NCBI RefSeq assembly: GCF_024129855.1
Contig: NZ_JAMXXC010000018.1
Location: 1-40,000 of the forward strand
Direction of reading: 5' to 3'
Source: Acinetobacter lwoffii
GTDB taxonomy: Bacteria; Pseudomonadota; Gammaproteobacteria; Pseudomonadales; Moraxellaceae
DNA: 40,000 bases
Part shown: positions 1 through 9,700 of the stretch, piece after piece
Position numbering within the stretch: position 1 is the stretch's first letter
How the letters are laid out: each line of letters opens with the position of its first letter
Notes under the pieces: model-generated
Told to the model about the DNA's origin: nothing
The model's input: only the letters and a program-made list of their open reading frames with translations
Databases searched by the model: none
Made by a program: the position numbers and the translations under genes

Positions 1-25
1 GATTCTGAGATAAATTCATAAAAAA

Positions 26-51
26 AGAGCGTATTTACATACGCTCTTTTT
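26..51 (+). terminator. Rho-independent terminator of a + strand gene ending at or before the window start
   Basis: Hairpin AGAGCGTA (26-33) / TACGCTCT (40-47) with a 6-nt loop, followed by a T-run (47-51). In-frame stops lie at 11-13 and 19-21 just upstream. Confidence 0.5.
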
Positions 52-552
52 ACAGCATTTTAACTTTTTTTGCTTAACTGACTGGCATTACCTATATCAG
101 GGGCTTTTTTCTTTGTCATGATTTGAAACAATAAGGTACAAATAAAAACTGTTTTGGAGCAGGCAAAGTCATAATAATGGATCGAAGACGGTTATTTTTT
201 ATCCACTTATGATGATCAATCTTCAGCCTCGTTCAATTTTGCCCTCTGGTCTGCTTTGCAGCCCTGATATGGCGCCCTCTATTCAACACAGGAAAGTGAT
301 TGAATACGCTTTGTCGATAACACATAAAATTATAAAAACAACTTCAGCTTTAACCTTCTTTGCCTCGCATGCTGCTGATAGATATCCGGTCAGACCGACT
401 GATCCATCAACTACTGGCACATCCCGACTCTTCACTCATGATCATTTGAGTCATCACTCTGAGTCTGCATGTCCAAGGATTGGAAAGCGTTCTATTTTAG
501 CACCTTCCCTTTCTCCGGATTTTGCACACTTGGCTGTTTAAGGAGTAGACCC

Positions 553-882
553 ATGACTACGATTCAGTACCAAGAAAGTTTTTCCCACGGTTATACCCCC
601 TCAGAAATTATGGACGATCGTTCATTTGACTTGATCCACTTTGCAGAAGCCTGTGGACAAAGCCCGGAATGGGTCATGCAGTTAATTGAACATGGAATTT
701 TACCAAATCGTTCTACAACCCCGACCAGCACTTTCCTCGGTGAAGATATCTCGCGTGCACAACGCGCCTATCGCCTGCAACGCGATTTTGATGCCTCATT
801 TAGCGCCGTTGCCATGATGCTGGACCTCATTGATGAAGTGCAGGAGTTACGCCGCGAGGTCAAACATTTGCACTTCAAGTAA
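553..882 (+). CDS. cbpM: MerR-like HTH chaperone-modulator protein (CbpM family)
   Basis: ATG at 553 is preceded by AAGGAG (540-545). The product MTTIQYQ... has the CbpM pattern: HTH-like FAEACGQSPEWVMQLIEHGILP, then RAQRAYRLQRDFDASFSAVAMMLDLIDEVQELRRE, parallel to E. coli CbpM as recalled. The track start at 469 is probably too far upstream. Confidence 0.6.
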   Translation: MTTIQYQESFSHGYTPSEIMDDRSFDLIHFAEACGQSPEWVMQLIEHGILPNRSTTPTSTFLGEDISRAQRAYRLQRDFDASFSAVAMMLDLIDEVQELRREVKHLHFK

Positions 883-891
883 ATCCTTTTC

Positions 892-932
892 ATGTTCTGT
901 CGATCTGCATTTTTCAGTGCAGATCAGAACAT
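892..932 (+). terminator. Stem-loop terminator after the cbpM-like gene
   Basis: ATGTTCT (892-898) and GATCTGCA (902-909) pair with TGCAGATC (918-925) and AGAACAT (926-932). There is a 3-nt bulge, and a T-rich tract follows. Confidence 0.5.
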
Positions 933-1007
933 ATTTATATTTAATTTTATGATTAGAGTATAAGAATCCCTATGAAAACCAAAGATTGCAATAAGAAAAT
1001 CAAATAC

Positions 1008-1235
1008 ATGTTTCCCGAATACCGCGACTTGATTGTGCAACTTCGCGAGGAAAATCCCTATTTTGCCAAGTTATTCGAGGAACATAACGAGTTGGACAAA
1101 GAAATCAGCCAGCTTGAACTTGATCCAGTCAATCATATCAACAATGATATTGAGGCGATCAAGCGTAAAAAACTGAAATTAAAAGATGAAATTTATCGTT
1201 TGTTAAAAAGCTCTGAAGCAGATCCCTTAACCTGA
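1008..1235 (+). CDS. DUF465 / YdcH-like small protein
   Basis: From the ATG at 1008 the product starts MFPEYRDLIVQLREENPYFAKLFEEHNELDKEI. This is nearly the same N-terminus as E. coli YdcH (MFPEYRDLISRLK...) as recalled. It is 75 aa, and the ORF-track start at 972 is probably upstream of the true start. Confidence 0.7.
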   Translation: MFPEYRDLIVQLREENPYFAKLFEEHNELDKEISQLELDPVNHINNDIEAIKRKKLKLKDEIYRLLKSSEADPLT

Positions 1236-1280
1236 GATCAACTGAACACCACATTCAGACCAATACTGAAGCATAAAAAA

Positions 1281-1330
1281 AGCCCTGAGCCAGCCAAAAT
1301 AAACACTTTGATCAAGCTCAGGGCTTTTTT
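1281..1330. terminator. Bidirectional terminator between the DUF465 gene (+) and pnp (-)
   Basis: AGCCCTGAGC (1281-1290) pairs with GCTCAGGGCT (1316-1325). It is flanked by an A-run (1274-1280) and a T-run (1326-1330). A second small hairpin, TTCACATG/CATGTGAA, sits at 1338-1361 right after the pnp stop. Confidence 0.6.
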
Positions 1331-1373
1331 ATTGTTATTCACATGAGTTTTCCCATGTGAATATTTTTAAGAA

Positions 1374-3467
1374 TTAAACTTGTTCGATGTCTTTCATCGT
1401 TAATTTAATACGGCCACGGTTATCAACATCCGCAACCTGTACTTTTACTTCCTGACCTTCTTTCAATACATCTGCCACGTTCGCAATGCGTTCGTTTGAG
1501 ATTTGAGAGATGTGAAGTAAGCCATCAGTACCTGGCAGGATATTTACGAACGCACCGAATTCAACAATACGAATCACTTTACCTGTATAAATTGTACCTG
1601 GCTCGATTTCAGCCGTAAGTGCCTGAATCTTGGCAACTGCAGCTTGCGCAGCCGCTTTAGTTTCACCAAATACGCGAACTGTACCGTTATCTTCGATATC
1701 AATCGCCGCTTTAGTTTCTTCAGTAATTGCACGAATGGTCGCGCCGCCTTTACCGATCACATCACGGATTTTATCCGGGTTGATGTTGATCACCTGGAAG
1801 GTCGGTGCGTGCATCGAAATTTCAGGACGCGCACGTGAAATCACCTGGTTCATCTCATTCAAGATGTGCATACGACCCGCATAAGCCTGGTTCAATGCAG
1901 ATTCCATGATCTCTTCAGTGATACCTTCGATCTTGATGTCCATTTGTAGCGCAGTAATACCGTTTGCAGAACCCGCTACTTTAAAGTCCATGTCGCCCAA
2001 GTGATCTTCATCACCCAAGATGTCAGAAAGAACTGCGAAACGCTCGCCTTCTTTCACAAGACCCATCGCGATACCCGCAACTGGTGCTTTCAATGGAACA
2101 CCAGCATCCATCAATGATAATGAAGCACCACATACAGACGCCATTGAAGACGAACCGTTAGATTCAGTGATGTCAGATACGATACGGATCACGTACGGGA
2201 AGCGGTCAGCCGCAGGAAGTACAGCCTGAACACCACGACGTGCCAGACGACCATGACCGATTTCACGACGTTTAGGACCAGATTCACGACCCGTTTCACC
2301 TACAGAGTATGCAGGGAAGTTGTAATGCAACATGAAGTTGTCAGTTTTGGTACCTGCAAGGGTATCCACCATCAACGCATCACGTGTATTACCCAAAGTC
2401 GTTGTGACCAAGGCCTGAGTTTCACCACGTGTGAACAATGCAGAACCGTGAGCACGATCCAATACGCCTACTTGTACGTCGATTGCACGAACAGTTTTGG
2501 TATCACGACCATCGATACGTGGCTTACCAGACAGGATGTTGTCACGTACAGTACGGTATTTAAGGTCTTCGAACAGCTCATTTACTTCTTCTGCAATCCC
2601 CGTTTCGTCATTTTCAGGAACGAACTGTGCCACTGCTTCTGCATAAAGCGCGTCAAGTGCCGCATAACGGTCTTGCTTAACTGCAATCGTGTAAGCTTCA
2701 GAGATTTTCGCTTCGAATGCTTCTTTCAATTTACCAAGAAGTTCTTCGTTTTTAACTGGAGCAACCCAAGTTGACTCAACCGCGCCTGCAGCTGCAGCAA
2801 ATTCTTTGATCGCCTGGATCGCAATTTGCATTTCGTCATGACCGAACAATACAGCGCCCAGCATTTGGTCTTCTGAAAGCTCTTTCGCTTCAGATTCAAC
2901 CATCAGTACTGCAGATTCCGTACCTGCAACGACAAGATCAAGATCAGACTCTTTAAGTTGTTCAAGGTTTGGGTTCAGGATGTATTCACCGTTGATTAAA
3001 CCAACGCGCGCGCCACCAATCGGACCACGGAAAGGTGTACCAGCGATAGACAATGCAGCTGAAGTACCTAACATTGCAGCAATGTCAGCATCCATGGTTT
3101 TGTCAGAAGAAATCACAGTGGCTGTTACTTGAATTTCGTTGAAGTAACCTTCTGGGAACAACGGACGAATTGGACGATCGATTAAACGAGAGATTAAAGT
3201 TTCAGCTTCAGACTGACGGCCTTCACGCTTGCCATAACCACCCGGGATACGACCAGCAGCATATTGCTTTTCTTGATAGTTTACAGTCAATGGGAAGAAG
3301 TCTTGACCTGCTTTTGCTTTAGGTTGTGCCACAACAGCAACAAGTACTTGTACGCCGCCCATGGTGATCACAACAGTGTTTGCCTGACGTGCAACACGAC
3401 CTGTTTCCAGGATAACGTTGTGCTGACCGAATTGGAATTCTTTACGAATAATATTAAACATTGACAT
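1374..3467 (-). CDS. pnp: Polynucleotide phosphorylase / polyribonucleotide nucleotidyltransferase
   Basis: 697 aa. It has two RNase PH-like domains ([15 protein letters not shown]), a KH domain ([16 protein letters not shown]) and a C-terminal S1 domain ([28 protein letters not shown]). The rpsO-pnp linkage is the classic arrangement. Confidence 0.97.
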   Translation of the reverse strand: MSMFNIIRKEFQFGQHNVILETGRVARQANTVVITMGGVQVLVAVVAQPKAKAGQDFFPLTVNYQEKQYAAGRIPGGYGKREGRQSEAETLISRLIDRPIRPLFPEGYFNEIQVTATVISSDKTMDADIAAMLGTSAALSIAGTPFRGPIGGARVGLINGEYILNPNLEQLKESDLDLVVAGTESAVLMVESEAKELSEDQMLGAVLFGHDEMQIAIQAIKEFAAAAGAVESTWVAPVKNEELLGKLKEAFEAKISEAYTIAVKQDRYAALDALYAEAVAQFVPENDETGIAEEVNELFEDLKYRTVRDNILSGKPRIDGRDTKTVRAIDVQVGVLDRAHGSALFTRGETQALVTTTLGNTRDALMVDTLAGTKTDNFMLHYNFPAYSVGETGRESGPKRREIGHGRLARRGVQAVLPAADRFPYVIRIVSDITESNGSSSMASVCGASLSLMDAGVPLKAPVAGIAMGLVKEGERFAVLSDILGDEDHLGDMDFKVAGSANGITALQMDIKIEGITEEIMESALNQAYAGRMHILNEMNQVISRARPEISMHAPTFQVININPDKIRDVIGKGGATIRAITEETKAAIDIEDNGTVRVFGETKAAAQAAVAKIQALTAEIEPGTIYTGKVIRIVEFGAFVNILPGTDGLLHISQISNERIANVADVLKEGQEVKVQVADVDNRGRIKLTMKDIEQV

Positions 3468-3597
3468 GTTTTATTTTTTCCTAGTTCTTGTGAACAATTA
3501 TTCTAGTGGAGACCCCTAAGGTTTGGCATTCATGACCATATGGACGAGTAAATGACAAAGCTTAGAAGCCGACCTCACCAGATTAAATACTATTTTT

Positions 3598-3631
3598 AAA
3601 CACAAAGAAGGAGCGAAACATTCGCCCCTTC
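3598..3631 (-). terminator. rpsO terminator / pnp-leader hairpin
   Basis: The minus strand reads GAAGGGGCGAA-TGT-TTCGCTCCTTC followed by TTTGTGTTT. It lies about 90 nt downstream of the rpsO stop, within the 254 bp rpsO-pnp spacer. Confidence 0.55.
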
Positions 3632-3721
3632 CACTGGCTCAGCGCAAAGCTAAGCCGACTTTAGTTTTCAGTAATACAGCACAAAGCATGCAATACACCC
3701 GAAAATAAAGTTTAAATCGAA

Positions 3722-3991
3722 TTAACGACGTAAACCTAAAGCACCGATCAATGCTACATAACGACCGTGGTCTTTACCGTTAAGGTAGTCAAGTAGTTTA
3801 CGACGTTGGTTAACCATACGGATTAGACCGCGACGGCTATGGTGGTCGTGTTTGTGCTCTTTGAAGTGACCTTGTAAGTCATTGATTTGAGCAGTTAAAA
3901 GAGCTACTTGAACTTCTGGTGAACCAGTGTCGTTTTCAGCGCGAGCGAATTTAGCCATGATCTCTGCGCGATCTGCGTTAGTTAAAGCCAT
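3722..3991 (-). CDS. rpsO: 30S ribosomal protein S15
   Basis: 89 aa from the internal ATG at 3991 ([17 protein letters not shown]...[29 protein letters not shown]). The track ORF extends 19 codons too far upstream. Confidence 0.95.
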   Translation of the reverse strand: MALTNADRAEIMAKFARAENDTGSPEVQVALLTAQINDLQGHFKEHKHDHHSRRGLIRMVNQRRKLLDYLNGKDHGRYVALIGALGLRR

Positions 3992-4314
3992 TCGATTTCT
4001 CCGAGATGCTTGTATATTTTGATAAAAATCAAAGTGATGAGAATTCAAAACCTTGACTGCCGTGCATCACTACAGCAAGTTGCATATTTTAAGGGAAAAC
4101 GCATCAAATTGCAAAAATAGATCCAGATTTTTGCATGGTTTTGGTTGCTCATTGATACAGCTCAGATCCGATGACTCTTGTTCCTTAAAGATTCAGGTTT
4201 TGCATTATTTTAATGAAATAAATCCAGAATAAATTAAATATAGAAACTCCTTTGAAAAGCCCGCAAACCCTTTAGCTCGCTTGAATCTTCAGCTACTCCC
4301 CATAGAAAATGGAT

Positions 4315-4345
4315 AAAAAAAAGCCCGAGTAAACTCGGGCTTTTT
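4315..4345 (-). terminator. Strong rho-independent terminator (minus-strand orientation favoured)
   Basis: GCCCGAG (4323-4329) pairs with CTCGGGC (4334-4340) around a 4-nt loop. Eight Ts follow on the minus strand (A-run 4315-4322 on +), against five Ts on the plus strand. Confidence 0.7.
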
Positions 4346-4480
4346 GGCGCTGTAGTTCTTTCTCTTATCATTATTATTTATTGTATTATTATGGCGTTTT
4401 ACGCTTATTATTATTTTCAAACATCCTGTTGAAAAATCATCTTCCTTGTGTGGTAGATTTTGCCATATTCCCACCAGACA
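4346..4480 (-). ncRNA. Candidate small RNA (module A) ending at the 4315-4345 terminator
   Basis: The segment has no convincing ORF and ends in a strong terminator. It shares the motifs ATAATAATG and AACTACAG with module B. The 5' end is undetermined. Confidence 0.25.
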
Positions 4481-4667
4481 ACTAGAGGTATTTGCCTCAT
4501 TTTGCTGTAAGCCATTTCGTACATCACAGGGTGAAAATTTGCATAATGTTACACAGCTCTCGTTTTATTTAACGCTATTTACTTAAGTTTACTGGCTAGA
4601 GTTGAAAATTATTGCTAAGAAATTAGGATAAAAATCCAGCAAGCTTCCTATAAAAAAATCAGGATAT

Positions 4668-4704
4668 AAAAAAGCCTTGTAGTCTCTCCCAAAACTACAA
4701 GGCT
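4668..4704 (-). terminator. Rho-independent terminator (minus strand only)
   Basis: AGCCTTGTAGT (4673-4683) pairs with ACTACAAGGCT (4694-4704) around a 10-nt loop. Six Ts follow on the minus strand and there is no T-run on the plus strand. It lies about 180 nt downstream of the recD stop. Confidence 0.7.
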
Positions 4705-4885
4705 TAGCGGCTGTAAGTTTCCTCTTTCACTTACTTCACTGTAAGTTCGCTGTCTACCGACATTATTATTATCATTATGCGATTATGCTCAACTTTCCGT
4801 GTTGAGTTATTTTGTAGAACAAATCTTCTCAAAAACCGAGCAAAAGCTCTATGCGTCAATTTCCTGAATCCTTGTAAGCTTTTAC
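4705..4885 (-). ncRNA. Candidate recD 3'UTR-derived or independent small RNA (module B)
   Basis: A 180-nt non-coding stretch runs between the recD stop and the 4668-4704 terminator. It contains a CTCAAC/GTTGAG hairpin, CATAAT/ATAATAATG repeats and two copies of AACTTACAG. Confidence 0.2.
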
Positions 4886-6691
4886 CTACAAGATTTGATT
4901 ATTTTTGCCAATTAAATTACTAGATTGTTCAATGATTTTTTGGCTCAAACCACTTTTCCGGGTAGTTCTAACACAAAGTGCTTGTGTAAAAGCATCATAA
5001 TCTACCAATAAACTGACCACTTTTTTGGCTCGAGTAATTGCAGTATAAATCAACTCTTTGCTCAATAAATTTTTTGCATATTGATCCAGCACCACTGCCG
5101 TATGGGAAAATTCTGAACCTTGAGATTTATGAATGGTCAGCGCAAAAGCGGTTTCAATACTTTTAGGTAAACGGGTGGCTAATACCCATTTTTCCAGACT
5201 CGGGAAATACACTTCAAACTGGCGTTGACCAGATTGCTCACGTAAAAAACAGATACCAATATCACCATTGGACAGGCCCAACTGATAGTCGTTATAGCTC
5301 ATCATGACGGGTCGTCCGACATACCAGTCGCCCTGTTTCAACTGACCTTGGGCTGCTAAAAAACGTTGTTCAATCTGTAGATTGATCTTGAGCAGCCCCA
5401 GATCACCAGAACGGATTGCCGTTAAAATACGGTAATCATCAAAAGTTTTGACCACCTGTTGCACATAGTGTTCAAAATCAGCTGAGTTTCGTTCTGTTTT
5501 TATGGCCTGTACATAAGCCTGATAACCATACATCAGCTGGTCATAATACTGATTCAAATTATGCGCGGTCTGTTCGGCACCAGCGAGCAGGTATTGTAAC
5601 TGCAACTGGTCGATCTTCACCTGATCCAAATCGATCGCCTGTAACTCACTGGCTGCCACAATCTGCTGCTCAAATTTCTGCAAGACGTGAGAAGGCTGAT
5701 GATTCTGCTGGATAAACTCCGCCATTGCGCCAATCCTGGCTCCAGGCGCAAAACGCCGCGTGGTGATTAAATTGACCCGGTTATCTTCCAGAGTCGCTAC
5801 TTGCTGTAAATCTGCCAATACCGTTCCCACATCCACAGAGGCCAGCTGATCTGCATCACCGAGTAAAATCAGCCGTGCATGAGACGGTACGGAGGCCAGT
5901 AACATCTGTGACAGGTTTAAATCCAGCATCGAGGCTTCGTCGACCACGATCACATCATAAGGCAGAGGCTGCTTGGCATGAAAGCGTGGCTGTCCGCGAG
6001 TGCCCAGACCCAATAAGCGATGCAGGGTGACCGGTTGTAACTGTTTTAATTGTTCTAGCTCAAACTCTTGTAACGCTTCACTATGCAAGGCTTTTTGCAG
6101 TGCTTCTTTCATGCGCTGTGCGGCCTTTCCGGTAGGTGCTGCCATGGCAATCCGGATATTTGGCAAGGCTTCATGCAGGACCGCAATCATATGCGCCAAG
6201 GTATAGGTTTTACCGGTACCCGGACCGCCGCTAATAATATTCAGCGCCTGCCGCGCAACCATTTCCAGTGCCAATTTTTGCTGTGGATCTGACAATAAAT
6301 TGCGATCACGTTCGGATAAATCAATAGCGGCAACCGGTTGGGCTTTAATCCGAGCAATATGTGAGGCTACTGCCTGTTCCAGTTGCCAATAGCGGTACAG
6401 ATATAAATGCTGATCTGCACAAATAAATGGTGCAATTCCTGTACTTTGCTGACGGCGATCTAGAACCAGATTATGTAATAGGGCAACCTGCTGAGGATCA
6501 ACTTCGATACAGCTATCCCCTGCCTGTATCGCCTCAAGCAGTTGCTGAATCAAGAATTTTGCTGCCGGATCAAATGTAGCCGTACTAAACGGCGGCTGAC
6601 ACAGATAGTCAATCCAGGCCATTAAATTGGAGTCTTGCTGCGACACGTGATTCTGCTCATTTTCCACACAGTTATCCTCAAAGTTATCCAC
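4886..6691 (-). CDS. recD: Exodeoxyribonuclease V alpha subunit (RecD helicase)
   Basis: 601 aa with SF1 motifs: Walker A GGPGTGKT, motif II VVDEASMLD, LLGDADQLASV, TIHKSQGSEF and YTAITRAKK. It lies directly downstream of recB. Confidence 0.93.
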   Translation of the reverse strand: MDNFEDNCVENEQNHVSQQDSNLMAWIDYLCQPPFSTATFDPAAKFLIQQLLEAIQAGDSCIEVDPQQVALLHNLVLDRRQQSTGIAPFICADQHLYLYRYWQLEQAVASHIARIKAQPVAAIDLSERDRNLLSDPQQKLALEMVARQALNIISGGPGTGKTYTLAHMIAVLHEALPNIRIAMAAPTGKAAQRMKEALQKALHSEALQEFELEQLKQLQPVTLHRLLGLGTRGQPRFHAKQPLPYDVIVVDEASMLDLNLSQMLLASVPSHARLILLGDADQLASVDVGTVLADLQQVATLEDNRVNLITTRRFAPGARIGAMAEFIQQNHQPSHVLQKFEQQIVAASELQAIDLDQVKIDQLQLQYLLAGAEQTAHNLNQYYDQLMYGYQAYVQAIKTERNSADFEHYVQQVVKTFDDYRILTAIRSGDLGLLKINLQIEQRFLAAQGQLKQGDWYVGRPVMMSYNDYQLGLSNGDIGICFLREQSGQRQFEVYFPSLEKWVLATRLPKSIETAFALTIHKSQGSEFSHTAVVLDQYAKNLLSKELIYTAITRAKKVVSLLVDYDAFTQALCVRTTRKSGLSQKIIEQSSNLIGKNNQIL

Positions 6692-6738
6692 AGGATAATT
6701 TTCTGTTTAATCTCTATATATTTTATAAAACTGCAAAA

Positions 6739-9700
6739 TCATGCTGATTTTTTCTGCTCAAAATAGCCCAGTATTTGATCCAGTTTTTCTATGAATTCCA
6801 GGCTCGGTTGCCAATGATAAGCCCCTTGCTGGACCTGTCCATTCATCCCGCGCAAATACAAATAGGTTGCGCCGCCCAAATGCTGTGTGATCGAATAACC
6901 CTGCATATTGGCACTCAGATAACGATGCAGCGCCACCAGATACAAAGCGGCCTGCAACCAGTAACTGGACTGGCTCATATTCTGCTGAATCGCCTCAGCA
7001 CTATAGTGCTGCTGATCAGGGCCGAGGAAGTTACTTTTATAATCGGCAATATGGTAGCGCTGGCCATCGAAATACACCAGATCGATGGAACCGGTCAGAT
7101 ATCGCGCCGATTTGGCCTCATTAAAATCGCTCATGACTATGTCATGTCCGAGAAAAAGCTGATGGATTTGCCGAATCTGCAAAGGGGCATCGGTCAAGGA
7201 CAGATAAAAAGGAAATTCTGACAGATACTGTTTAGCCTCCAGCTGCGCCAAAGCAAAATCTACCTGAATCGGAGTGGCCAGAATGTCATGTACCCAGTCA
7301 TGCATCAGGTTCAGCAAAATATCTTCTGTAATCTCGTCCAACAAGCCATCAAAAGCAGTCTGGAAAATACTGTCCACATTCAGCGATTCAGTGCTTGCAG
7401 AGCGTGTGAGCTGGGCCACTTCCTGTTCAAAAAACTGGATAAAGGAGTCATCCTCCAGCCCATCGAAATACACCTGAAACTGACCTAAAAATTCTAGCAG
7501 ACCCGAACGATCGAGCTGTTGTGCCGAGTGAAACAGCTGCTGCCATTGCTGGCGATAAGCTTTGCTTTGGTCATGCAGGCGAATTCCGGTCAATAACTTA
7601 TAGTTCAGGCTGGACAATACGCGCTGCATACTATGACGCAATTCCTCTGCTTTGAAATCTGCCTGAGCTGTGGCCTGAAACAGGGTTCGCAGATTCACCA
7701 CAGCAGCCTGATAATGCAGGGAAAAGGCCTGTTCCAGCACACTACGTATATGAAAAGCCTGTTCAAATTTTTCTTTCAGTTCCTGCCAGATTTGCGGTGC
7801 GGTATTTTTAAAACGGCGCCGGATTTCCAGATTCCAGTAACTGCTGTCCTGAAAATCAATATGTTCAAAAATGCTGTGCAAGAATGTTCCGGCTACGGTG
7901 CCTTTAGGAAAATTCAGCCTAATCCAGTCTAGGGGCACAGCTGCTGGCTGTTCTTCCAGACCGGTAAAATGAATTTCATCGGCAGCACTGTCGGGCTGTT
8001 CATAAGCCGTGACCAGATCGTCCTGCAAGATATGTCCATGTAGCTGATGCTGTGACAAAGCCGTAAAACTGGTTTTGGTTCGCGGATAAAACTGCCGCTC
8101 TGGCAAAGGTTGCGCCCGCATGTCGACCTGATGATGGTTCGACTGCTCGACCAGGCGCGGTGGCTCCTGAGACAGAGGCGGCTCGACCAGACTTAGAGCA
8201 TGTTCGAAGATGGTATTTCCCTGACCACGCCAGAAGGCCAGCCCGGAATCGGACTGTGCGTTCTGATCCTGCAGCATGGCATATACCCGGTGACTGGCAC
8301 GGGTCAGCGCCACATACCAGAGCCGGTGGTTTTCGGCAGCATTACGCGCTGCATTCTGCAGAATCGCCTGCTCATGTAAATTCTTATGATTGACTGCAAT
8401 CACCCGGGATTGTTCCAGGATGTTGTCCTGTTCAGGCGCAGACAGGGAAAAATTCAGATTGCCTTTATTCACATCAAAAGCAGCATCTGCTCCCAATAAA
8501 AACACCACTTTAAATTCCAGCCCTTTGGAGGCATGAATGGTCATCAGCTGCACCCCATGATCCCCAGACAGCTTGCGTTCTTTTTCGCTGTCCTTGCCTG
8601 AAGGTGACTGAAGCTGGCGCAAATACCAGTGATAGAGTTTTTGCGCCCCCTGATAATATTCACTCTGCTGGCTCAGCATCTCGGTCAGATGGCGCAGATT
8701 GACCACCACCCGCTCATTGTCCAGACTTTGACTGGCCACCAGATTGGTCCAGACCTGAAACAGGTTCAGTGCATAATTCCAGGCGGTCAAAAAGCCTTTC
8801 TCAAACCACATTTCCCGAATTATATCCAGATCCGCAATATAGCGACTGAGGCCTTCACTCTGGCTTTGCAAATCAATCAGTTTTTTCAGATTGAAGCCCA
8901 GCAGACGGGTTAGTAAAGCCCGCTTGACCTTGGCCTCATTGAAAGGATCCATAATCGCCGTCAATACGGCCGCGACATCCTGAGCGATGGGACTGGCAAA
9001 CACGCTCTGTTTGGATTCTTTATAGGAGGGAATGCCCATACGCTGCAGACGCTGCTTCACCTGTTCCAGAGCAAAATGCCCAAATCCCAACACGGCAATA
9101 TCATCTGCGCTCAGGCTTTGCTGATGCTCTTGCTGCTGAAAGTACAGTTGCTGCTGGGCAGACTGATTCAGCAATGCACGGATTTTCCAGGCCACCTGGT
9201 CTGCCTCTAGGTCCGATTCACCTAGCTGAATCCATCGTAAAGGCTGCGGGTTGATCCTGCCCATATCGACCAGATCTGGATGCGGGCGACTACCGGCCTG
9301 AATCAAGGTGTACTGCACCTGTTCACCAAAATCCATTTGCCGCTGGAACAGCGCATCAACCACTTCTACGAGTGGTTTGACTGACCGATGGTTCTGCATC
9401 AGGGTATATTCGCGGCCCTGCTTGTGGCGTACGTCAGCGTGTGCCTTGTTATAAGTCAGCATGTCGCCGCCGCGGAAACCGTAAATTGCCTGTTTCGGAT
9501 CACCGACCATAATCATGCAACCGGACTGCACCCGGTTGGCATCACGCCAGATCTTGGCCAGCAGATCATCCTGATCCTGATTGGTGTCCTGAAATTCATC
9601 GACCAGAATCAGCGGATAACGTGCCTGTACAAACTGGGCAAAACGCTGTCCCTGCTGGCCTTGCAATGCTTCCGCCAATGTACGGATTTGCTGGGAAAAA

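Noticed and set aside
209-541. 110-aa + strand ORF upstream of the cbpM-like gene
   Set aside because: It has no SD, an unusual S/P/H/T-rich sequence and no recognisable domain, and it ends inside the cbpM RBS. I kept it only as a question in the findings.
1630-3464. Several + strand ORFs (1630..1884, 1644..1838, 2020..2229, 2253..2774, 3264..3464) inside pnp
   Set aside because: They are antisense shadow ORFs lying entirely within the strongly supported pnp CDS. Their products are low-complexity or Cys/Arg-rich, with no SD or family resemblance.
4289-4474. 61-aa minus-strand ORF in the recD-rpsO gap
   Set aside because: It reads straight through the 4323-4340 terminator hairpin and its U-tract and starts at a GTG without an SD. 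The region is better explained as non-coding RNA plus terminator.
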